DNA of 64,000 nt from Patescibacteria group bacterium (GTDB lineage Bacteria; Patescibacteriota; Saccharimonadia; Saccharimonadales; CAIOMD01). The notes beneath the pieces were generated by a model. The model saw nothing but the letters and a program-made list of their open reading frames with translations. It searched no databases and was not told where the DNA came from. The stretch is from the NCBI GenBank assembly GCA_035510605.1, contig DATKGW010000012.1, positions 47,895 through 111,894 on the forward strand. Direction: 5' to 3'. Position numbers and translations under genes: made by a program. Shown here one piece after another: positions 57,493 through 64,000 of the stretch. Positions within the stretch are counted from its first letter, which is position 1; the number at the start of each line of letters is the position of its first letter.

Positions 57493-58581
57493 CTAATCGT
57501 CGGTTTGGGGTTTGTCGACAAGTAGCGGTTCGATGGCCGGGCTGGTGCCGGCAATTTTTAGCACGTCTTTATCGACTTTTTTAAGTTCTTTGTGGGCACT
57601 ATTAAAGTGGCCGACAGTGGTACCCAAACTGCCGCCCAATTTTTGCATAAATGAATCATACCGGCTGAGATGTTCGCCCAGCATGCCAACCCTGATTTGG
57701 ATCTCTTTGGCCTGCTCTTCTATCTGTAAGCTGCGCAAGCCCTGCAAAACCGTTTGCAGGTAAGCCATAAAGCTCGTCGGGCTGACGATTATGACTTTTT
57801 TATCCCTAAAGGCGTATTCTATTAAATCGCGCGAGCTGGTGCTGGTGGCACCGACTTTGTTAATCAATAGATCATAATAAATCGCTTCGCTGGGGATGAA
57901 CATAAAGGCAAAATCCATGGTGCCCTCGGCCGGGCGGATATATTTGGCAGTTTCGTCGATGCGATTTTTAAGATCGGCCTTAAAAGCTTTGATTAGCGTA
58001 TCACGCGGCGCTTTGGATTTTTCTTCTATGATGCGGTTGTAGTTTTCGAGGCTGAATTTGGAATCGACTGGCAAGAGCTTGTTTTTGTCTAGTACGATTA
58101 CGGCATCGACTATTTCACCATCTTTAAAACGGTGTTGCAGATGAAACCTTTCCGGCGGTAAGACGTTTTCTAGCACGCTTTGCAAATAATATTCACCCAA
58201 GACACCACGCTGCTTGGGGTTTTGCAGCACGTTTTGCAAAGTTTTAAGCTCATCGGCCACATCCACCACCCGGCGGTTGGTTTCGTCCAGTTTGGCCAGG
58301 CGCTGGGTGACATCGGTGATTAGTTTGGCACTTTCGCTAAACTGCTTGGCGATAGAATCGCGCATCATAGCCTGGCTTTTATCCAGCCGCTGATTAACAG
58401 ATAGGTTTAGGCTGTCTTTGAGCTTTTCTATATTATCGCTTAGGTTGGTCATGTCCTGCTTGATGAGTCCGGCGGCAGTATCGTTTTTTAGGTTGCCGAT
58501 TTTTTGCGACAAATAGTAAACGGTAAAGCCCAAACCGATGACCACCACACCCAGTACTACCAATAAAATCACATTTGTCAT
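57493..58581 (-). CDS. rmuC: DNA recombination protein RmuC
   Basis: N-terminal TM helix, long coiled coil, C-terminal RmuC nuclease-like domain. Confidence 0.7.
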   Translation of the reverse strand: MTNVILLVVLGVVVIGLGFTVYYLSQKIGNLKNDTAAGLIKQDMTNLSDNIEKLKDSLNLSVNQRLDKSQAMMRDSIAKQFSESAKLITDVTQRLAKLDETNRRVVDVADELKTLQNVLQNPKQRGVLGEYYLQSVLENVLPPERFHLQHRFKDGEIVDAVIVLDKNKLLPVDSKFSLENYNRIIEEKSKAPRDTLIKAFKADLKNRIDETAKYIRPAEGTMDFAFMFIPSEAIYYDLLINKVGATSTSSRDLIEYAFRDKKVIIVSPTSFMAYLQTVLQGLRSLQIEEQAKEIQIRVGMLGEHLSRYDSFMQKLGGSLGTTVGHFNSAHKELKKVDKDVLKIAGTSPAIEPLLVDKPQTDD

Positions 58582-58610
58582 TACTTATATTCTAAAGCAT
58601 AACCTAAAAA

Positions 58611-58652
58611 TAACCTTTAAAAACATTAAGCCGGTGTGTTTCAACCGGCTTA
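58611..58652 (-). terminator. rho-independent terminator downstream of the pilin operon
   Basis: On the minus strand: UUAAGCCGGU-ugaaacac-ACCGGCUUAA followed by UGUUUUUAAAGG. Confidence 0.6.
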
Positions 58653-58715
58653 ATTGGAAGTTTTAACGCTTCCTCCATTAGCTTATCGTGCAGCTAGTTG
58701 GATTACAAGGTAAAT

Positions 58716-59474
58716 TTATATTGCTTTTCCAAATGCACTTCTTAATTGTTGGTAAGCTGCATTTACGGCTGCCTTAAACTGTTGGTCGGCTGTCTGGTCG
58801 GCGGTTTTTTCGATTGCCGCTAAATTCTGGGCTATCTGGGCAATGTTGGTATTGGCCGCACGTGAGGCTCTAAATTTAGCCCTGGCTGCTTGTAAGTCGG
58901 TGGTCAGTGTGGCAGCTACTTCTTTATACGCCGTACCGTTGGCGCAATTATCCTGGGCCTTAGCCACGGCATCCGCATAATCCGAACGCAAGTTTGTCAC
59001 AGCCTGATCTATATCTGCTTGATTTTTGTCAATCGCCGAATCCACACCCGCCTGGTAGGTTGAACGGTTGGTATCATAGGCGCTGCGGCGGGACGAAACG
59101 GCATCGTTAATGTTGGTTTCGAACGTTTGGACTGCTGTTTTTTGCTGGTCGGTTGTTGCTTTGGCCTCTAACCGGGAAAAGTACTGGGACCTTATGCTAT
59201 CCCAACTCTTTCTGGCAGCGGCAATTTTATTATCCCAAGCGGTACGATCTTTGGTTAATTTGGCAGTATTAGCCTGATGTTCGGTGGTAATTTTGGCTAC
59301 CCGGGTAGTAACATCGCTATTTAGACGATCCAAGACATTATCCAACCTGGAACAGGTATTTTCATTGGTTGTTGATTGATTGGTGTTGGTTGCTACTGCA
59401 TAAGTTGTGCCAAAAGACAAAACCAGAATGGCACCGGTAGCCAATATACTCAAAAATTTAGAAACTGGCCGCAT
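58716..59474 (-). CDS. secreted helical Ala/Thr/Gln-rich protein co-transcribed with the pilin gene
   Basis: Signal peptide (MRPVSKFLSILATGAILVLSFG), low-complexity helical repeats, 17-nt overlap with the pilin gene end. Confidence 0.4.
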   Translation of the reverse strand: MRPVSKFLSILATGAILVLSFGTTYAVATNTNQSTTNENTCSRLDNVLDRLNSDVTTRVAKITTEHQANTAKLTKDRTAWDNKIAAARKSWDSIRSQYFSRLEAKATTDQQKTAVQTFETNINDAVSSRRSAYDTNRSTYQAGVDSAIDKNQADIDQAVTNLRSDYADAVAKAQDNCANGTAYKEVAATLTTDLQAARAKFRASRAANTNIAQIAQNLAAIEKTADQTADQQFKAAVNAAYQQLRSAFGKAI

Positions 59475-59781
59475 TTGCGCTGTCTCCTACCTGAGTCACC
59501 GTGCTTTGGCTGACCGCAGCCTGGGCTGATTCCGAATTACTGGTTGTGCCATCAATTGAACCTTCGCTAGTAGCTTCGCTATCAATACTGTTGACGATGC
59601 TTTGGCCGGGCTGATTAGTCACGGTAGCAACGGCCGCTTCGTTGGTGGTGGCAGTTTTATTTCTCTGTTCAAAAACCCAATAACCAACAGCCACCACAGC
59701 AGCAACTGCGACAATAATAAGCACTAGCTCTACAACGCCAAAACCTTTTTGTGGTTGAGACTTGTTTTGCCCCATATTCAT
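59458..59781 (-). CDS. pilA: type IV pilin (class III signal peptide)
   Basis: AAGGAG RBS 4 nt before ATGAATATG. The leader MNMGQNKSQPQKG is followed by FGVVELVLIIVAVAAV, i.e. the G/F cleavage site and Glu at +5 of prepilin-peptidase substrates. Confidence 0.75.
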   Translation of the reverse strand: MNMGQNKSQPQKGFGVVELVLIIVAVAAVVAVGYWVFEQRNKTATTNEAAVATVTNQPGQSIVNSIDSEATSEGSIDGTTSNSESAQAAVSQSTVTQVGDSANAASF

Positions 59782-59930
59782 TCTTCTCCTTAATTTGTTA
59801 CGCATTAATGCTTACGCTCAAATAGCTATTATAAAGACTCTATTGGCTAAAACAAAACATCTGGATATCACACCTATATTTTTTCCTATCTGGCGGTTAT
59901 AATGATGATAATTATCAGATACATTCAAAG

Positions 59931-61016
59931 ATGAATTTAAAACAACGCCGGGCACTGACAATTACACTCATCATCGCTTTGTTGTTTGCGGCCGTTTTTT
60001 TGCGCCATTATTTTTCATTAATTGCCTTAGCCGCGATTGTGGCGTTTTTATACAACCCGATATACAGATGGCTATTTAAAAAGACTAAGGGCAAAAAGAA
60101 TTTATCGGTGACAATCACTTTATTTGTTGCCATTATTACGATTTCTATCCCCGTTGCCATAGTTCTGGTAGTTACTGTCGACCAAGCCTTTCAGGTAGCG
60201 GATATCATCAAACGCTCGGCCGCCAGTGGCACATCCATCGGTGACATTATTAATAATGTAATTACCGCCATCAACCACATTATCGATAAGTTGCCCGGCC
60301 ACAGTGTACATCATATAAGTTCGGGTCAGGTTTTTGACTGGCTGAAAAATAACACCAGCGTGCTGATTAGATCCTCGTTCAATTACGTAGCTCATTTTGC
60401 CGGCAGTTTCGCTTCTTACCTGACAAAAGCAGTTATCTTTATATTCATTTTTATTTCATTCTTAAAAAATCAAGACAAGTGGCTGGGCACCATCCGTAAA
60501 TTAAACCCCTTGGGCGATAGAGTGTCTGATCTTTACCTGTCACGAATGGCGGCCATGACCAGCGCCATGGTTAAGGGACAATTTACCATAGCTTTGATGC
60601 AGGGTCTGGTCGACGCCAGCTTGTTATATATCGCCGGTATCCATTACTTTATATTTTGGTTCGTTTTGGTCACGTTTTTGTCTATCATCCCGCTTGGTGG
60701 CGGTATATTGGTAATACCGACAGGTATAATAATGCTGATTACCGGTAATATCTGGCAAGGCATCCTATTAATTTTCGGCCATATCGTGATTGTTACCAAC
60801 ATCGATAACGTCTTGCGACCACGGTTTGTACCAAGAACCGCCAGGCTGGATTCGTCATTGACGATTTTATCGGTATTTGCCGGTATTGCCATGTTCGGCT
60901 TTTTGGGGATTGTCATCGGGCCGGTACTAATGATTCTAATCGTAACGACTATCCAGGTCTATTTGCAAGCGGTTGAGCATGATAAAAATGCCCAAGAAGT
61001 CGGTTTAGAAGAGTAA
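59931..61016 (+). CDS. AI-2E family transporter (PerM/UPF0118)
   Basis: 8-TM topology and conserved segments of the AI-2E family; TATAAT at about -35 nt from the start. Confidence 0.75.
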   Translation: MNLKQRRALTITLIIALLFAAVFLRHYFSLIALAAIVAFLYNPIYRWLFKKTKGKKNLSVTITLFVAIITISIPVAIVLVVTVDQAFQVADIIKRSAASGTSIGDIINNVITAINHIIDKLPGHSVHHISSGQVFDWLKNNTSVLIRSSFNYVAHFAGSFASYLTKAVIFIFIFISFLKNQDKWLGTIRKLNPLGDRVSDLYLSRMAAMTSAMVKGQFTIALMQGLVDASLLYIAGIHYFIFWFVLVTFLSIIPLGGGILVIPTGIIMLITGNIWQGILLIFGHIVIVTNIDNVLRPRFVPRTARLDSSLTILSVFAGIAMFGFLGIVIGPVLMILIVTTIQVYLQAVEHDKNAQEVGLEE

Positions 61017-61019
61017 TTT

Positions 61020-61475
61020 TTATTTGGTCTTGAGATTGCGCATCCGGTAAATGCGCCATGTCAATAGTGCGCTGATAGCCGTAAATGCCACAAAGGACAT
61101 AAACGGAATGGTGATAAAGCCCAGCCAATCAATCTGCGGCTTGGAGCAGGATACATCCGAACTAGCGGTACAATTAAAAACCGACTCATGCAAAACCCCC
61201 CACTGCAGCAAAGATTGGTACAAAGAAACCGGCACGCCGATTAGGCTCAAGGGCAAGCCGTAGTAAACGGCATTTTTATCTTTACGCAGAATTCCGACAG
61301 CAAATATTACCACCAACGGATACATAAAAATGCGTTGCCACCAACACAGTAAACACGGATACCAATTTAAGACCTCGCTAAAATACAGGCTGCCAAACAG
61401 ACCAGCTGTAGCTATTGACCAGACCAGATAATCGGTATAATCATCTAATAATTTTAATGGTTTTTGAATATTCAT
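61020..61475 (-). CDS. bdbC: disulfide bond formation protein B (BdbC-type DsbB)
   Basis: LYFSEVLNWYPCLLCWWQRIFMYPLV is near-identical in pattern to B. subtilis BdbC. 4 TM helices, second Cys pair in loop 2. Confidence 0.8.
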   Translation of the reverse strand: MNIQKPLKLLDDYTDYLVWSIATAGLFGSLYFSEVLNWYPCLLCWWQRIFMYPLVVIFAVGILRKDKNAVYYGLPLSLIGVPVSLYQSLLQWGVLHESVFNCTASSDVSCSKPQIDWLGFITIPFMSFVAFTAISALLTWRIYRMRNLKTK

Positions 61476-61522
61476 TTTTCCTCCCTAACTTATAAAAGTA
61501 TACCAGATGCTACGGCTGATCT

Positions 61523-62788
61523 TTAAAAAGGACACAAGCTGTCGCATTGCAAACTTTCGCTGATTCTGAGCAGTTCGTTATACTTGGCTGTTCGTTCACC
61601 ACTGGCCACCGAACCGGCTTTTATTTGGCCACAATTAAGGCCGACAGCCAAGTGGGCAATGGCATTATCTTCGGTTTCGCCGGAGCGATGCGACATAATC
61701 GTATGCCAACCGGCAGCCTGAGCGGTTTTTACCGTTTGAATAGTTTCCGTCAGCGTGCCTATCTGGTTGGGTTTGACCAGCAAGCTATTGGCGGCTTGTT
61801 GGCTGATGGCTTTTTGCAAACGACGCGAATTAGTAGTTATTAAATCATCACCAACTACTTGGATTTTGCTTCCGAACTGCCTGTTAAAATTACTCCAATC
61901 AGCCCAAGCTTCTCCAAAAAACGGATCCTCGATTGAGATAATCGGATAGTTTTCGATTAATTCAGCATACCAATCGGTTAAGGCTTTAGCGCCCAGTTCC
62001 CTTTTTTCACAACTAAAATGATAGCGACCCTTCCCATATAACTGGCTGGCAGCAATATCCAAGGCCAGTACAACATCTTCGCCAGGGTCATAACCGGCTT
62101 TCCAGATAGCCCGCATAATCATATCCAGCGGTTCAGTGTTGCTTTTTATGTGCCACGGCGCATAACCGCCTTCGTCACCCAGTGACGAGGAATAGCTTTT
62201 AGCTTCTAAAATTTTACCGAGTTCGTGGAAGACTTCCGTGCCTATCCTCACAGCACTGTAAATGTCGTGAGCTGCTTTAGGGATAATCATATATTCTTGA
62301 AAATCAGTCGAATCATCGGCGTGAGCCCCGCCATTTATAATATTAAACATCGGCATGGGCAGAAGTAGTTTTTTATGATCAGCCAGATGTGCAATGTAGC
62401 GGTAAAAGGGAAGTTGTTTAGATTGCGCAGCAGCCCGGGCGGCAGCTAAAGAAACCGCTAAAATCGTATTGGAACCGTAGCGACTTTTATCGGTTGTACC
62501 GTCAAGCGAGCAAAGCCGGGCATCGAGGCCTTCTTGGTTATCCACCTCGAAACCTTTTAAGCTTGGAGCAATGGCATGCTCGACTATATTTAGCGCTTTG
62601 CTGACACCCCTGCCGCCAAACCGATGGCTGTCATCCCTTAGTTCGGCAGCTTCTGTTAAGCCGACAGTCACCCCGGCCGGCGCGGCGGCCCGGCCAAAAA
62701 TCCCACCACGCAGAACAACATCAACTTCTACCGTTGGATTACCGCGTGAGTCTAGCACCCACCTCGACCGGACTCTTTCAATTTTCAT
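61523..62788 (-). CDS. eno: enolase
   Basis: SRGNPTVEV N-terminal motif, metal-binding acidic residues, enolase barrel signature. Confidence 0.9.
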   Translation of the reverse strand: MKIERVRSRWVLDSRGNPTVEVDVVLRGGIFGRAAAPAGVTVGLTEAAELRDDSHRFGGRGVSKALNIVEHAIAPSLKGFEVDNQEGLDARLCSLDGTTDKSRYGSNTILAVSLAAARAAAQSKQLPFYRYIAHLADHKKLLLPMPMFNIINGGAHADDSTDFQEYMIIPKAAHDIYSAVRIGTEVFHELGKILEAKSYSSSLGDEGGYAPWHIKSNTEPLDMIMRAIWKAGYDPGEDVVLALDIAASQLYGKGRYHFSCEKRELGAKALTDWYAELIENYPIISIEDPFFGEAWADWSNFNRQFGSKIQVVGDDLITTNSRRLQKAISQQAANSLLVKPNQIGTLTETIQTVKTAQAAGWHTIMSHRSGETEDNAIAHLAVGLNCGQIKAGSVASGERTAKYNELLRISESLQCDSLCPF

Positions 62789-62851
62789 AACTTTAAGTTA
62801 TATAATCCCACTTGTTAAGGGAAGCGGCAAGTTGTTTATGCTTAAGCCAGC

Positions 62852-64000
62852 TTAAGCCCCTTTGATAAATGAATAAATCAACACCAGACCGGCTACCAGC
62901 ATCACTACAAATGTTAACCTGATGACCAGATTCGACACAAACTTATTCTTATACTGGCCCATGATATTGGCATTATTGCCGACTCTGGCAATCATAAACA
63001 GTAAGGGCACCGCCGCCAAACCGTTAAACACCGCCGCAAAAATCAAGGCTTTGATCGGGTTGATACCTAAAAAGTTAATCGCCAAACCGGCCAGTGTCGA
63101 CACAACAATAATCATATAAAAGCCGACTGCTCTTTTTAGCCGCCGATGCAAGCCTTCACGCCAACCAAAAACTTCGCTGATGGCATATGAAGCCGAGCCG
63201 GCCAAAACCGGAATGGCCAAAAATCCCAGACCCAGCACACCGGCCGAAAAGATTATCTTAGCCACCAAACCGGAATCAGGGAAACTCCTGACCAGAGGCT
63301 CCAGAGCTTTGGCGGCATCGGCCAGAGTATTGATTTGGGTTACTCCGTTAAAGTGCAAAACCGTGGCACAGGTCACAATCATGAACCAGGTGGCTATCTC
63401 GGAAAACGTCATGCCGACAAAATTATCCAGATGCACGCTGCGCAAAAAACGCCGGCTGAGACGCGGCTCTTTTTGAGTATTTTCCGCCAGACGATGTTGC
63501 ATTATTTCGTCCTCTACCACTTCGGATGTATCCCAAAAGAAAAGATATGGGCTGATTGTAGTACCCAATAGACCAACCAAAATATAAAGCATGGCGAAAT
63601 CAATATGTATATTTATATGGACTGTGGAATATAACAACTTACCCCATGGTTCACTGACCATCAGGGCCGTAAAAATATAGGCCAGTAGCGACAAGGTCAG
63701 CCACTTTAAAATTTTGGCATATTTTTTATAGCTGACAAAAATCTCTAGAAGCAAGATGACAATCGCATAAATCACAGCTAAAATTGATACCGACACGGGG
63801 ATAAACAGCCTGGTCGTACTGGCTATGGCACTGATATCGGCTCCGATATTGATAACGTTGGCAAATAGAACCAACGAAACGGCAAAATACAGTAATTTAC
63901 GACTATAATTATCTCGTAAAACCGCCGCCAGACCTTTACCGGTGACAGCACCTATGCGCGAACAAGCCTCTTGGACATAAAGCAGCATCGGGTACATAAA
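62852..64000 (-). CDS. mntH: NRAMP-family divalent metal transporter MntH, N-terminus beyond window edge
   Basis: Colinear with MntH from TM2 onward (RIGAVTGKGLAAVLRDNY...). The DPGN motif region must lie upstream of nt 64000, and the reading frame stays open at the window edge. Confidence 0.8.
   Translation of the reverse strand, partial: FMYPMLLYVQEACSRIGAVTGKGLAAVLRDNYSRKLLYFAVSLVLFANVINIGADISAIASTTRLFIPVSVSILAVIYAIVILLLEIFVSYKKYAKILKWLTLSLLAYIFTALMVSEPWGKLLYSTVHINIHIDFAMLYILVGLLGTTISPYLFFWDTSEVVEDEIMQHRLAENTQKEPRLSRRFLRSVHLDNFVGMTFSEIATWFMIVTCATVLHFNGVTQINTLADAAKALEPLVRSFPDSGLVAKIIFSAGVLGLGFLAIPVLAGSASYAISEVFGWREGLHRRLKRAVGFYMIIVVSTLAGLAINFLGINPIKALIFAAVFNGLAAVPLLFMIARVGNNANIMGQYKNKFVSNLVIRLTFVVMLVAGLVLIYSFIKGA

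Noticed and set aside
62789-62851. Duplicated palindrome GCTTAAGC-tg-GCTTAAGC downstream of mntH
   Set aside because: Probably a terminator-like or restriction-site-like palindrome (AflII site CTTAAG doubled). Too little evidence for a regulatory call.
1-64000. CRISPR array / tandem repeat search
   Set aside because: No regularly spaced direct repeats seen. Intergenic regions are short and unique.

Overview
The window is a gene-dense, mostly minus-strand stretch of an AT-moderate, streamlined bacterial genome. Gene content is consistent with a CPR/Saccharibacteria-like or other small-genome Terrabacteria organism; this taxonomic placement is inference only. Most of the window is recognisable housekeeping genes: radA with a yacL-like PIN/TRAM gene, clpC preceded by a perfect CIRCE (HrcA) operator, nusA, an M1 aminopeptidase, rnhB, rplS, a PilB-type ATPase, dnaE, galU, gatCAB, uvrB, a sugar-phosphate operon (pfkB, class II fba, split transketolase, rpe), rpiB, gap, ppa, trxB with a glutaredoxin, an FKBP isomerase, pheST, yajQ, rmuC, a type IV pilin, an AI-2E transporter, a BdbC-like DsbB, enolase and an NRAMP transporter cut by the window edge. 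No rRNA, tRNA or CRISPR array was found. Candidate novel loci: (1) a stand-alone radical-SAM enzyme with a non-canonical Cx4Cx2C cluster motif and a twitch/SPASM-like region (37001-38134), in a cassette of membrane-anchored unknowns; (2) an SRAP / 88-aa unknown / Y-family polymerase module in which the small gene is translationally coupled to the polymerase (33532-35711); (3) an uncharacterised 419-aa protein translationally coupled to a LOG/SLOG-type protein inside the glycolysis/PPP operon (25413-27277); (4) a GC-rich foreign-looking islet with a long GC palindrome and a strong-RBS 131-aa ORF (50560-51110), next to an AT-rich islet of convergent unknown genes (51900-53510); (5) a three-gene module with a nucleoside-2-deoxyribosyltransferase-like protein (31752-33383). 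Smaller oddities are listed in the findings.
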